Source: Elusimicrobia bacterium UBA5214 (GTDB taxonomy: Bacteria > Elusimicrobiota > UBA5214). From it: a stretch of DNA of 64,000 bases. The stretch spans positions 129,315 through 193,314 of the forward strand of contig DHVG01000013.1 of the NCBI GenBank assembly GCA_002412545.1, given 5' to 3'. The notes under the pieces were generated by a model. That model saw only the letters and a list, made by a program, of their open reading frames with translations, ran no database searches and was not told the origin of the DNA. Positions 39,017-49,555 of this stretch are shown piece after piece. Made by a program: the position numbers and the translations under genes. Position 1 is the stretch's first letter; each line of letters begins with the position of its first letter.

Positions 39017-40129
39017 TTAGCAACTACTTTGATAAATCTTTTCAATTCCTTGAAGATGTTTTTCCAGAGAGAATTTTTTTTCTACCGTTTCTCGGGCATT
39101 TTGCGACAAGGTCCGGCATAAACTCCAGTCAGAGACCAAATTTCTAATTGCCCGGGCTAAATTCTTATAGTCCCTTGGTGGAACTAAAAGACCACTCTTA
39201 TTATGTTCGATTATCTCCGGTACACCACCAGCATCAGTGCCAATTACCGTTTTCTTCATTGCCATTGCTTCAACTAAAACTAAGCCAAATGCTTCACAAT
39301 AGGAAGCGAGAACAAAAATGTCAATTACAGAAAGCATTTCCGGAATATCATTTCGGAAACCAGTAAAAATTACTCTCTCTTTCAACAGAGGTTCATCAGC
39401 AATTTTTCTTAATTCGTTTTCATAACCAGTAAACCCCGGTTCGGTTGCACCAACAATGAGAAATTTTATTCCCGGGAAATCATTAGCTATTTCTTTTGCC
39501 GCAAGTAAGAATTCTTTTTGACCTTTTTTTGGTTCAATCCTTCCGATAATCCCGACCACCAGGGTGCTGTTTGAAATACCAAATTCCTCGCGTATTTTAT
39601 AGCGTTCATATTTATGAGGGGCAAATTTCTTCAAGTTAATACCATAATATATTGTTCTCGTTTTTTCCGGTAAAAGCGGACAAGAATCAAGCATTTTCTT
39701 TCGTCCGACTTCAGTGGTAGCAATCGCTAAATCTAGACGACGATAAAGAAGACGATGCAAGAAATCTCTTTTCGGATAAATTGAAGCCATATGGTCAGTG
39801 AAAATTATGCGTAGTTTTACTTGACTCAAAAATACCGATGGAATAACATACCAAATATCACCAGCGAGATGCAAATGAATTATTTCACTTTTTAAATGCT
39901 TAATTAGTATAAGAATTTTGCGAATTAGGAAAATATCCAAGTACTTAATTCTCACTACGAAACTAAAATATTCCAAATTTTCTTTTTTTGCCTCTCTCTC
40001 CAAACGGGAATTATGGGCAACTAAAAGAATTACCTGATGTCCCATTTTCTTAAGTTCCTTAACCAGCTCCAAAACATACATTTCCAGTCCACCCCAACTG
40101 TAAGAAAGACATACCTGTAAAATGTTCAT
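39017..40129 (-). CDS. glycosyltransferase family 4
   Basis: GT-B C-terminal motif EAFGLVLVEAMAMKKTVIGTDAGGVPEII; 370 aa. Confidence 0.85.
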   Translation of the reverse strand: MNILQVCLSYSWGGLEMYVLELVKELKKMGHQVILLVAHNSRLEREAKKENLEYFSFVVRIKYLDIFLIRKILILIKHLKSEIIHLHLAGDIWYVIPSVFLSQVKLRIIFTDHMASIYPKRDFLHRLLYRRLDLAIATTEVGRKKMLDSCPLLPEKTRTIYYGINLKKFAPHKYERYKIREEFGISNSTLVVGIIGRIEPKKGQKEFLLAAKEIANDFPGIKFLIVGATEPGFTGYENELRKIADEPLLKERVIFTGFRNDIPEMLSVIDIFVLASYCEAFGLVLVEAMAMKKTVIGTDAGGVPEIIEHNKSGLLVPPRDYKNLARAIRNLVSDWSLCRTLSQNARETVEKKFSLEKHLQGIEKIYQSSC

Positions 40130-40148
40130 CGGAATAATGCTCAGTCAG

Positions 40149-41198
40149 TTACTTGTTTAAAGTTTTATTTAAATTTTCAACGAAGACCCTTACTGCTGAA
40201 AAAACTTTTTCCGGGGTTAATTCAGTTAGACAACGATATTTTATTTTTTTATCGCAATCTCTCGCCTCACAAGGTTGACATTCTAATCCTTCTTGTGTCC
40301 AACCTACAAAAAGATTACCCACGGGTGACCAGTTAACCGGACTCCTTCCGCCATAAATTGTGAAACTTGGCGTCTTTTGAGCAATTGCTACATACACATG
40401 ACCTGAATTTGTCCCGATATGTAAATTTGCCCGCTTAAGCAAGGCAGCAAATTCCTTTAGGGAGAAAGGAGGCGAAAGATAATGTTTATTCTTGGTTAAA
40501 GATACTGTTTGTCTTACATATTCTTCTTCACCGGGACCGTAGGTAAAAACTATTTTTGCTTTAAATTCTTCCCCAAGCATATCAGCTAATCTAGCAAAAT
40601 ATTCTTTAGGCCAACGACAAACATTCCAAATTGATGTTACACTAAGAGTGATTAAGAAATTGTTTCTTTTTATTCCTATATTTGACAGAAAATCAAAAAC
40701 GTTTCTCTCAGCCCAATCTGGGACAGAAAAGAATAGGTTTGTATTTGGATCTTTTATTCCTAACGGTTCCAAAAGTTTAAAACGAACAAATACACTGTAA
40801 CCACGGTTTTCCCAAGGAATATTTAGATTATAAAAAATTTTCCTCAACGGATTATGGAAAGCGATTCTCCATTTTGCACCCGAAAAAAACACATAGTAAG
40901 CGGTACGCGGATTGTGAAGAATATCAATTACTACATCAAATTTATGTCGAGCAATCTCCTTCCAGAGTTTAATTTCTTCAAACAACGAACCCCGGGAATT
41001 TCTCACCAGAACCCCCTCCAGGAAGGGGTTATCTTCCACAACCTCAAGGTAGTCACTTTCTACCATAAAATATACTTTTGATTTCGGATATTTAATTTTT
41101 ATCGCTTCAATTAGCGGTGTGGAAAGAATTACATCACCAAGTTTGCGTAATTGAATTAAAAGAATTTTTTCCTCACCCTGCAATACAATTTGTTTCAT
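40149..41198 (-). CDS. glycosyltransferase family 9 (heptosyltransferase-like)
   Basis: GT9 N-terminus ILLIQLRKLGDVILSTP and C-terminal TNSGHVYVAIAQKTPSFTIYG; 349 aa. Confidence 0.8.
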   Translation of the reverse strand: MKQIVLQGEEKILLIQLRKLGDVILSTPLIEAIKIKYPKSKVYFMVESDYLEVVEDNPFLEGVLVRNSRGSLFEEIKLWKEIARHKFDVVIDILHNPRTAYYVFFSGAKWRIAFHNPLRKIFYNLNIPWENRGYSVFVRFKLLEPLGIKDPNTNLFFSVPDWAERNVFDFLSNIGIKRNNFLITLSVTSIWNVCRWPKEYFARLADMLGEEFKAKIVFTYGPGEEEYVRQTVSLTKNKHYLSPPFSLKEFAALLKRANLHIGTNSGHVYVAIAQKTPSFTIYGGRSPVNWSPVGNLFVGWTQEGLECQPCEARDCDKKIKYRCLTELTPEKVFSAVRVFVENLNKTLNK

Positions 41199-42253
41199 CA
41201 GCTTGAACTAATCTTTCTTTCTATTGTCCTGTATACCTCTTCCGGAATCACCAGTTTCATACAGTCAAAATATTTACATTTTCCAAATATACATTCTCTA
41301 CATTCTTTAATCTCGGGACGGAAGACCCGGTGTTTCTCTTTCTCCAAAGTATATGGACCCCAGCGAACCGGTGAAGTAACCAAAATCGGCGAAAAGAAGG
41401 AAATTGTCGGTATGCCTAAAGCAACCGCAAGATGCAAAGGACCGGTAGAATTAGTAATCAGCAATCGGTATTTGGAAATAAGCGCAACAAGTTCCCGTAA
41501 AGAAAGTTCACCGGCAAAAACAAAAGGTCGAGAAAGTTTATCTGCTATTTTTTGAATAATCCCTGACTCTTCACTGCTACCGGTAAGGAAAATTTTCGCT
41601 TTGAGGTTTTTCTCCAAACTTATCGCAAGCTGAGTAAAATATTCTTCCGGCCAGCGTGGTGCTGAACCTTTACCGCCGGGATGAATCCCAATGATTAAAT
41701 CGTTATTCTTTAAGCCCCGGTCAGAAAAGAAATTGTTTACCCGGTTTTTTTCTTCCGGAGAAATGAACAATCGTGTCTCTCTCGGTTTTGAAGAAGCACC
41801 TAAAGTTTCTACTAACTGAAGATTGTAATCGGCTTCATGCTTCTCAACTTTAGAACGATGTTGCCAAATACGCTGATTGAAAAAAATTGACTCTGGTTTT
41901 GATGCTGGACCAATGCGCAATGGTATTCCACTCAGGAAAACTGCCAAGGCGACTTTGGGATTAACAAAAAAAACTATCGCTGCATCAAACTTTCTTTCTT
42001 TTAATTTTCCAATTAAAGAAAATAATGAACCGTCAGCAGTAATAACTTTATCTATCGCCGGGTTATTTTCTAAGAGCGGTTTTGTATATTCGCGGGCTAA
42101 AAAACTTATTTTTGTTTCTGGGAAATGCTCCTTAATCACAGAAACTGCCGGCGTAGTTAAGATTACATCCCCGATTTTATCAGTTCGGCATAAAAGTATA
42201 TTTTTTATTTTTAACTTTTCATTTTCCATCTTTAGCGATTTATATATCCCCAT
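41198..42253 (-). CDS. glycosyltransferase family 9 (heptosyltransferase-like)
   Basis: ILLCRTDKIGDVILTTP and TNSTGPLHLAVALGIPTISFFSP motifs; 351 aa. Confidence 0.8.
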   Translation of the reverse strand: MGIYKSLKMENEKLKIKNILLCRTDKIGDVILTTPAVSVIKEHFPETKISFLAREYTKPLLENNPAIDKVITADGSLFSLIGKLKERKFDAAIVFFVNPKVALAVFLSGIPLRIGPASKPESIFFNQRIWQHRSKVEKHEADYNLQLVETLGASSKPRETRLFISPEEKNRVNNFFSDRGLKNNDLIIGIHPGGKGSAPRWPEEYFTQLAISLEKNLKAKIFLTGSSEESGIIQKIADKLSRPFVFAGELSLRELVALISKYRLLITNSTGPLHLAVALGIPTISFFSPILVTSPVRWGPYTLEKEKHRVFRPEIKECRECIFGKCKYFDCMKLVIPEEVYRTIERKISSS

Positions 42254-44682
42254 TCTTCAAGCATTGTTTTCAATTCCCGAGGAAGGAACGCTTGTTCTCC
42301 CCCAGAGACAACAATTTTAGATAATCGTCCGAGAAAAACCGTCAGTTCTTTTTCATGCGGCGAAATCCGGCCGATTCCTTTGAGGTAAGCAAAATCTTGC
42401 CTAGTAATTTTGTTTGTGTTACCATCCAACAGAGGTAATCCAAGACCGGAAACCAAAATTTCATTAAGCGGAATTCTGCGATTAACCGCTTTTAGATCTA
42501 AAGTAAATTCAGCGTTATTCGGTTCGGTCTCAAAAGTTAACTCGTCATCAGAAACAAATCTAAACTTAATCTCCGAGCCGGATAATTCCAGACGGTTATT
42601 TTCTGATTTCTTCTCACCGAATTTTACCTTACCGGAAATTTTTATTTCTCCTTCTATCGGACTCCCGAGCACATTTTGGAATACTAACTTATTCTGTTCA
42701 AAAAGAGGAATGAAACTCTCGTTTATCTTCCGCATTTGGAGTAGTCTTTCTTGGTTCATGCCCGCGAGATTATTGTTTTCCAGAGGGTCTTCCTTAAGGT
42801 TGTATAACTCTTCCCGGTCAATTAAACGCCGTTCCCTTTTTCGCGAGTAGGTCCCAAAATTGTAGATGTATTTATAACGGTCATCCACCCGGATTCCGTA
42901 GTTATTTCTCCCGTAAGTGAAGATAACTTTGGGGTGGATATTTTTCTCTCTCCGGAGTAGAGGATAGAGATTACAACCCTGGAAGAAACACTTATCTTCA
43001 ATTCCCAAAATTTCCAGTGCCGTAGGAACTACATCAAGTAACTGTACTGATTCTTGAATTGTCCTGCTTTCCGGTATTTTACCGGGCAAACTAAAAATCA
43101 AGGGAACTTTTATTTCATCATCAGTTAAAGAAACACCGTGGTCATAAAAAACACTTTTGCCTACTTTTTTGCTCTTCTTCTTTTCTACCAAATATTCTTT
43201 AAAAGTATCTCCGTGGTCGGAACAAAGAATCACCAAAGTAGTTCCAGTTAACTTAAGTTGTTCCAAGGTTTCTAATACTTTCCCAATATAATAATCGGTA
43301 TAGGCAACCTCTCCACGATAAAATATCTTGTACCAATCTTTAAAATTAGCAAGTTCACTCCGGTAGGTTTGTTTTAGGAAACGTAACGGTGGACGGTAAG
43401 GACCGTGAGCACCTCCGTAATAAAGTAAAAGGAAAAAGTTCTTTTTATAGTTTTCTTTTAGCCATTTAATTGCTGCATAAGTAGTTTGTGGTTGCTCGTA
43501 ATTCGCCTGTTCAACTATTGTTAAATCATCGAAACCCCAATCTACACCGAAACCGATACCGTCGGATAATAAGGACATACAACCAATCGCCTTAGTTAAA
43601 TACCCGTGATTACTAAGGATTGAAGCGAGTGTAGGAATTTTTTTCTGATAAAAATCATTTTTGGTTTCCTGACTACTGTGATATTCAAAAGCAATTTTTC
43701 CCAATTCTTGCGGATAGCGAGAAGTGAAAAATGAACTCATTGATTGTTCGGTCATATTCCCGTTAGCAAAACATTGCCGGAAATTGACTCCTTTTTTTGC
43801 CAGAGAATCAATGTTCGGACTAATTGTGCCCGGTGCACCATTGATACCCAAATGGTCACTACGCAAAGTATCAACAACAATGAGAACAAAATTGTGCGGT
43901 TGTTTATTTGCTAAATCACCGATTTGATAAAGACGCGGATTAGCCCAGAAAGCATGAGTAAGTTTATTTTCCGGATTAGAAGTGCAAAACTGGATTCTAA
44001 TTCTCTGCCCAGCAAAAGGACTTAAATCCAGAGCAGCCGGTTCCCATTTCCCTTCACGATTTTCGATGTTTACTTTCAAATACTTGTAGAAATTCTTATA
44101 GTAAGAATCGGAATAACGCCAGCGGTAGGGAGGTAGCGGCTTAACTTCTTTTTTGAAAACTGAATGAACTTCATTTTTCTCGTCAATAATTTTGATTTCA
44201 AAAACTGCTGATGCCTGAAGAACACCATTAATTGACGAAATAATCCCGCAGTCAAATTCCAGGATTGTCTCTCCGGGTAAGAAAAGATTATATTCAAAAA
44301 CAGTATTGACCGGTGCATAAAGTGCATTTTTATGTTCCGCAAATAGAGGGAACCAACCCAACGAAAGATGAACATTTTGCGGGTGCAAATGGTAGTCTGC
44401 ACTATTATTCAAAAAGGAATATCCTTTAAGTTCTTTCTGGGCTAAAGACAAATTGGCGATTTGAATCCTTGCTCTTTTTACATTTCTAATGAAATCGTAA
44501 ATAAGAGTTTCCCTCTTTAGGGAATATTCAGTCTTGATTTCTTCGGCTCGGATGCGTTTATCCCAAGGATAAACAAAGAAAATGTAGAAAAATAAAAATA
44601 GCAAAATTATACTCAGCAGAGTAAAAATACAATATTTCAGGAGTTTAAACATTTTAATAATACAATGGTAAAAAAAAGTCAT
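42232..44682 (-). CDS. membrane-anchored sulfatase-family protein (alkaline-phosphatase superfamily) with ~260-aa N-terminal extension
   Basis: NFVLIVVDTLRSDHLG metal-site motif and CSDHGD; 816 aa. Confidence 0.7.
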   Translation of the reverse strand: MTFFYHCIIKMFKLLKYCIFTLLSIILLFLFFYIFFVYPWDKRIRAEEIKTEYSLKRETLIYDFIRNVKRARIQIANLSLAQKELKGYSFLNNSADYHLHPQNVHLSLGWFPLFAEHKNALYAPVNTVFEYNLFLPGETILEFDCGIISSINGVLQASAVFEIKIIDEKNEVHSVFKKEVKPLPPYRWRYSDSYYKNFYKYLKVNIENREGKWEPAALDLSPFAGQRIRIQFCTSNPENKLTHAFWANPRLYQIGDLANKQPHNFVLIVVDTLRSDHLGINGAPGTISPNIDSLAKKGVNFRQCFANGNMTEQSMSSFFTSRYPQELGKIAFEYHSSQETKNDFYQKKIPTLASILSNHGYLTKAIGCMSLLSDGIGFGVDWGFDDLTIVEQANYEQPQTTYAAIKWLKENYKKNFFLLLYYGGAHGPYRPPLRFLKQTYRSELANFKDWYKIFYRGEVAYTDYYIGKVLETLEQLKLTGTTLVILCSDHGDTFKEYLVEKKKSKKVGKSVFYDHGVSLTDDEIKVPLIFSLPGKIPESRTIQESVQLLDVVPTALEILGIEDKCFFQGCNLYPLLRREKNIHPKVIFTYGRNNYGIRVDDRYKYIYNFGTYSRKRERRLIDREELYNLKEDPLENNNLAGMNQERLLQMRKINESFIPLFEQNKLVFQNVLGSPIEGEIKISGKVKFGEKKSENNRLELSGSEIKFRFVSDDELTFETEPNNAEFTLDLKAVNRRIPLNEILVSGLGLPLLDGNTNKITRQDFAYLKGIGRISPHEKELTVFLGRLSKIVVSGGEQAFLPRELKTMLEEWGYINR

Positions 44683-46741
44683 TTTTGAAAACTATGTTTT
44701 TGTCCTGTAATATCCAAACATAGAGTTGTTTTTTCAATTTTTCCATTATTTCTTTGTGCCTGTTGACGATATTTCTGGTTTCTGAAGGGTCATTTTTTAA
44801 ATCGTATAGTTCAAAAATTATACCTTTCGGTGTAGGCATATAAATCAACTTATAATCTTTTGTGCGTAACATCCGATGTTTAGCAGTAATAATTAAAGGA
44901 CGATATTCTTCTTTAATGACAACTTCATTATTATAGGAATTATCAATTTTACCTAAAGAGGTAATATCCGGATAATAAATCCTTTTTTCTTGATAAAATC
45001 CTTCCGCGGTATCACTGAACCAAATACCGGTTTCGGCAAAAGCACTGAGATTTAAAGTTTTATTTTTTCCTACCAGTAAAGGCAAGAGGCTAACTCCATC
45101 TATTTTTCCCGGTACCGGTAAATCCAACATTCCCAAAATTGTCGGCATCAGGTCAACATCACGAACAATTGTATCAACTTTCTTAAGCGGATAGATTCTC
45201 AGTGGATTACATACAATTAAAGGGATATTCACTACATAATCCCCGCGAAAATGCTCTCCATGACCAACATACCACTCATTTTCATATAGATTTTCACCAT
45301 GGTCACTAGTAACAATAATTATCGTTTTGTTTAAAAGTTCTTCTTTTTCTAAAAACCTAATAATCTCACCAAGAGCGTCATCTACACTTTTTACTGCTCC
45401 GTTATAAATACCCCGAATTTGTTTTGTTTCTAAATCACCAATGTTTTCTTTTTCATAAATTGAAGGTGGTTTATGATACTTATATCTTCCTTTATATCCG
45501 GGAACTGTATACATTTGGTAGTAAGGATAAGGTGCCGCATAAGGAAAATGTGGTGTAGAAAAAAAGAGAAAAAGAAAAAATTTTTTCTTTCTTTGGAATT
45601 TCTTCAATAAATCTTTTGTTTCGTCAGCCAGAAGAAAAGGGTCAGCATTATGCGCAAATTCTTTCAAAACTGGGAAAATTTTCCGTCCTAAAGAATTAGT
45701 AATATAGGGTAACAAAAAATAATGCATCTCTAATGAACGCTGTTTGAGAATAGTGTAAAAATTGAAGTAAGGTGCTTTTACTACATCAAATCCAATATTC
45801 ATCCTGCTGAATACATCACCAGCAAAATCGGAAACTACACCAGTAACATAACCTTGCTTACGCAAAATTTCCGGCAAAGAACCGTCGCGATGCTCACGTT
45901 CATCTTTAGAAGGAAACATATGTCTCACCCGATGATTGTGCGGATATTTACCCGTAAGCAAAGTTATAACTTCCGGAAATGTCCGGGGTAAGGAAACATA
46001 AGCGGAAGAAAAAATAATTCCCTCATCAGCTAACTGCTGTATGTGGGGAGTAAACCGAGAGTTTACTCGGTCCTTGCGCAAAGAATCAACACCAACAATT
46101 ATAAGATTTGGTCCTTGGTTATTATTTCTTCTATAAATCACACTTGAGAAGAAAATTACTAACCCAACAAAAATTATACTGCTAATATAAATTTTACCTT
46201 TTCTTTGTAATTTGAAAAAAGCATTAACCAAAGAGATAAGAAATAGAACAAAAAGAAATAGACCAGTAAGTTTCAAAACCATAAATGGAACTTTATCAGT
46301 AAAAAAAATCTGCAGATTTTGTCTCCACCCTGAACGGTCATAAAAGAATTCCGTATATAATTGTGGGTATTTTTTAAGATTGTAAATAAAAAAATATGAA
46401 TTGAGTAAAATTATACCTACTGGGATAGAAAGATATCTAAGCCATTTGAGGTGATTGTCTTTTTTTTCGGAGTAAAAAAAAGGAAAATATGTCCAAAAAA
46501 AATTTAGCACTATACCGAGAAATAAACCAAGGAAAAGGTAAGAAAAAAGTATCTTCAATTGAATAAAAAGAATGTTTTGCCAGAAATTTTTGAGAATCAT
46601 TTTCTCGGCCAGCGGATTTTTTACTCCCATCACTGAGAGACCACTTCTTTCTAAGAGACAGAATAGATAAAGCAAAAAGAAAAAAATCAAACCACTTAAT
46701 ACAGAAAATGAACATTTTTTAACTATTTTACTTATAGGCAT
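44654..46741 (-). CDS. polytopic membrane sulfatase-family transferase (alkaline-phosphatase superfamily)
   Basis: Multiple TM helices then LIIVGVDSLRKDR and VTSDHGE motifs; 695 aa. Confidence 0.7.
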   Translation of the reverse strand: MPISKIVKKCSFSVLSGLIFFFLLYLFCLLERSGLSVMGVKNPLAEKMILKNFWQNILFIQLKILFSYLFLGLFLGIVLNFFWTYFPFFYSEKKDNHLKWLRYLSIPVGIILLNSYFFIYNLKKYPQLYTEFFYDRSGWRQNLQIFFTDKVPFMVLKLTGLFLFVLFLISLVNAFFKLQRKGKIYISSIIFVGLVIFFSSVIYRRNNNQGPNLIIVGVDSLRKDRVNSRFTPHIQQLADEGIIFSSAYVSLPRTFPEVITLLTGKYPHNHRVRHMFPSKDEREHRDGSLPEILRKQGYVTGVVSDFAGDVFSRMNIGFDVVKAPYFNFYTILKQRSLEMHYFLLPYITNSLGRKIFPVLKEFAHNADPFLLADETKDLLKKFQRKKKFFLFLFFSTPHFPYAAPYPYYQMYTVPGYKGRYKYHKPPSIYEKENIGDLETKQIRGIYNGAVKSVDDALGEIIRFLEKEELLNKTIIIVTSDHGENLYENEWYVGHGEHFRGDYVVNIPLIVCNPLRIYPLKKVDTIVRDVDLMPTILGMLDLPVPGKIDGVSLLPLLVGKNKTLNLSAFAETGIWFSDTAEGFYQEKRIYYPDITSLGKIDNSYNNEVVIKEEYRPLIITAKHRMLRTKDYKLIYMPTPKGIIFELYDLKNDPSETRNIVNRHKEIMEKLKKQLYVWILQDKNIVFKNDFFLPLYY

Positions 46742-48185
46742 TTTTCGTTCTTAAAACCTCTTTTACTGTCGAATAAACCTGTTCCGCCGAAATCATCCGC
46801 ATACAATTAAAATGTCCCAAGGGACATTTCTTGCCCCCATGTAAACTGCAGGGACGGCAGGGTAAATCCACTTCTACTATCCGATGTTCTTCACCATAAG
46901 GATAAAAACCTAATTCTTTAGTTGTTGGACCAAAGATTGCTACTGTCGGTACTTTACTTGCTACCGCAATATGCATCGGACCAGAATCGTTGGTTAGAAA
47001 AATATTGCACCCGGAAATAAGTGCAATTAATTCTTTCAAATTAGTTTTCCCGGCTAAGTTAATTATTGGATAGTGAACTTTTTTTTCTATTTCTTCAGTT
47101 GAACCTGTATCTTCTTTCCCACCAAAAATAATGACTTTCACTTTATCTCTCTCAATCAGCAAATCAATCACTTCAGCAAACCTTTCCGGTAACCATCGTT
47201 TTGTTGGCCAGACCGAACCCGGATTGATTCCAACAATTAAATCCTTTTCGTCCAAATTATATTCATGGAGAAATTCCATTTTTGTATTTTCATCCACAGA
47301 TATGGATAATTCTCCGGAATGACCTAATCTTTTTACTCCCAAAGGTTTCAACAATTCTAAATTTCGTTCTGCATCGTGTATTCGCCAATCAAAAGGTACA
47401 AGGTCAGTAAGAAATATTTTCCCTTCACTAGAAATAAAACCAATCCGTCTGGGGATACCCGCTAACCAAACTAGTAATGCACTACGAAAAGAACGATGTG
47501 GTAAAATCGCAAGGTCAAAATTTTCTTTTTTAATTTTTTTTACTAACCGGAAAAAAGGTAATAGACCTTTTTCTTTGTTTCGTTTATCGTAAACAATTAA
47601 GTTATTTACTTCTGGTGATTGAGCAAAAATTTCTTTTATTTCTGGAGTAGAAAGAACAGTAAGAAGAGCATCCGGAAAATTTTCTTTAGTTTCTCTCAGG
47701 AGAAGTGTAGTCAAAACTGCATCACCAAGATACGCAGTTTGAATAATGAACACCCGTAAACCTGCTTTAACCGTGAGTTGGTTCAAAACATCTAAATAGC
47801 GTTCAACTGTATGTTTTTTTAATTCTTCCGTGCGTTTTTTACCATAGACCAAAAGATACCGCGCACGGATTGCTTTATTATATTTAATTTTCTTTTTCAC
47901 TTTAGAAAAGAAACGAATAAGATTACTCCGCAGATTATTATGTAAATCAATTAATAAATCATATTTTCCCGCATTTATCATTCGGATATAAAAAAGTAAT
48001 CCTTTATCCTGTTCAAAGGGTATAATTTCATCTAAATAAGGATTATTTTCAAAAAGAGGAACGAATTCTTTCTTCACCAAAAGAGTAATTCTTGCTTCCG
48101 GGAAGAGTTGTTTCAAATTTTGATAGACCGGGGTAGTTAATACTAAATCACCAAGTGAACTGAGACGAATAATTAATATTTTCAT
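46728..48185 (-). CDS. glycosyltransferase family 9 with an extra (duplicated) GT9 N-terminal half-domain
   Basis: Residues ~1-145 look like a GT9 N-domain (ILIIRLSSLGDLVLTTP...), followed by a complete GT9 (RVFIIQTAYLGDAVLTT ... TNDSGPMHIAVASKVPTVAIFGPT); 485 aa vs ~340 typical. Confidence 0.7.
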   Translation of the reverse strand: MKILIIRLSSLGDLVLTTPVYQNLKQLFPEARITLLVKKEFVPLFENNPYLDEIIPFEQDKGLLFYIRMINAGKYDLLIDLHNNLRSNLIRFFSKVKKKIKYNKAIRARYLLVYGKKRTEELKKHTVERYLDVLNQLTVKAGLRVFIIQTAYLGDAVLTTLLLRETKENFPDALLTVLSTPEIKEIFAQSPEVNNLIVYDKRNKEKGLLPFFRLVKKIKKENFDLAILPHRSFRSALLVWLAGIPRRIGFISSEGKIFLTDLVPFDWRIHDAERNLELLKPLGVKRLGHSGELSISVDENTKMEFLHEYNLDEKDLIVGINPGSVWPTKRWLPERFAEVIDLLIERDKVKVIIFGGKEDTGSTEEIEKKVHYPIINLAGKTNLKELIALISGCNIFLTNDSGPMHIAVASKVPTVAIFGPTTKELGFYPYGEEHRIVEVDLPCRPCSLHGGKKCPLGHFNCMRMISAEQVYSTVKEVLRTKNAYK

Positions 48186-48245
48186 CTAAATAAGATTACA
48201 GTAATTTAGAAAAACCGATTACAGCGATTAAACTTTATTGGTTTA

Positions 48246-49553
48246 TCATTGTAATCGTTGTTCACAATCGTTGTAATCAAGCAGTTTCTTAATTAATTCA
48301 ATATTTTTTTCTACTGCACTTTCTTCATTTCTTACTGCTTGTAAAGCGTTAATCCCAATTTTTTCTCGGAGAGCAGGAGAACCAAGTAAATTCAAAATTT
48401 GTAGTTTCAGTTCTTCACTATTTTTAACCTGTATTGCGGCTGAAGCAGAAAGCAATCTCTCAACTATTTCCTGGAAACTTTCCACATAAGGTCCAAAGAT
48501 TACTGGTTTGCCCAATGCGGCGGGTTCAAAGATATTATGTCCTCCTTGAGGAACTAAACTACCACCAATAAAAACAATAGTAGCTAAGGCATAAGCATTC
48601 ATTAGTTCACCGTAAGTATCCCATAAAATACAGTTTATAGTTGATAGTTCATAGTTAATAGTTAAACTGCTTTTACGGAGGAAAGAAATATTTCTTTGTT
48701 TAAGCAAGTTTTCAATTTCGGGAATCCGTTCTAAATGGCGGAGAGCGAGAATAAGTTTCAAATTCGGATATTTCTTTAAAACTTCTAAATAAACTTCAAG
48801 GATAATTTCTTCTTCACCTTCTCTTGTGCTTCCACAAACCCAGACCACCTCCTCAGGTTTAAAACCCAACCTCTTGAAATTGGTGACTGGGTGAATGGGT
48901 GACTGGGTGACTGCGTCATATTTCATATTCCCGGTTATTTTCACCTTCTCTCTCGGTGCACCTAAGGCAATAATCCTTTCTCCATCAGTATTCTCACGCA
49001 TAGCAAAAAAGTCAATGTATGACAAAACTTCACAAATAAAAGGATAAAAGATTTTATACCGTTGATAACTTTTATTTGAGATACGTCCATTAACTAAAAC
49101 AATTTTTGCTCCAAATATTTTTGTTTGCTGGATAAAATTAGGCCAAATTTCACTTTCAATCAGAATCAATAAAGCCGGTTTTATAAAAGACAATATCTTC
49201 CTTATCGCCCATTTAAAATCTAAAGGTAAATAAATTACCAAGTCAGTTAAATTTTCTTTTTTCGCTAATTCCCTACCCGTCGGAGTAACCGTAGAAAGAA
49301 GAATCATTTTTTCTGGAAAAATTTTTCGCAAACCGATAATTAAATTTGTTGCGGTTCTAACTTCACCTACTGAAGCAGCATGTATCCACAACCAATCTTT
49401 TGACTGATTAATTTTTTTCTTTATCTCTGAAGGAAAAAATCCCAAACGTTGGCTAAAATCAGAAAAGATTTGTCCTTTGTACTCAAAAAAATAAAAAAAG
49501 AAAATAAAAGGGAAACTGAGATAAAGCAGTAGTTTGTAAAACAAGTAATACAT
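48246..49553 (-). CDS. waaA: 3-deoxy-D-manno-octulosonic acid (KDO) transferase
   Basis: GT30 N-terminal signature WIHAASVGEV; 435 aa; adjacent DUF374 gene as is common for waaA. Confidence 0.85.
   Translation of the reverse strand: MYYLFYKLLLYLSFPFIFFFYFFEYKGQIFSDFSQRLGFFPSEIKKKINQSKDWLWIHAASVGEVRTATNLIIGLRKIFPEKMILLSTVTPTGRELAKKENLTDLVIYLPLDFKWAIRKILSFIKPALLILIESEIWPNFIQQTKIFGAKIVLVNGRISNKSYQRYKIFYPFICEVLSYIDFFAMRENTDGERIIALGAPREKVKITGNMKYDAVTQSPIHPVTNFKRLGFKPEEVVWVCGSTREGEEEIILEVYLEVLKKYPNLKLILALRHLERIPEIENLLKQRNISFLRKSSLTINYELSTINCILWDTYGELMNAYALATIVFIGGSLVPQGGHNIFEPAALGKPVIFGPYVESFQEIVERLLSASAAIQVKNSEELKLQILNLLGSPALREKIGINALQAVRNEESAVEKNIELIKKLLDYNDCEQRLQ
48637..48664. repeat. heptamer tandem array ATAGTT(G/C/A) x4 inside waaA
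   Basis: atagttg atagttc atagtta atagtta; in frame (..SLTINYELSTINCIL..). Confidence 0.85.
48882..48913. repeat. octamer tandem array GGTGA(C/A)TG x4 inside waaA
   Basis: ggtgactg ggtgaatg ggtgactg ggtgactg; in frame (..YDAVTQSPIHPVTNFKR..). Confidence 0.85.
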
Positions 49554-49555
49554 TC

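Noticed and set aside
46437-46715. Minus-strand ORF 46437..46715
   Set aside because: Nested inside the 695-aa sulfatase-family gene in another frame.
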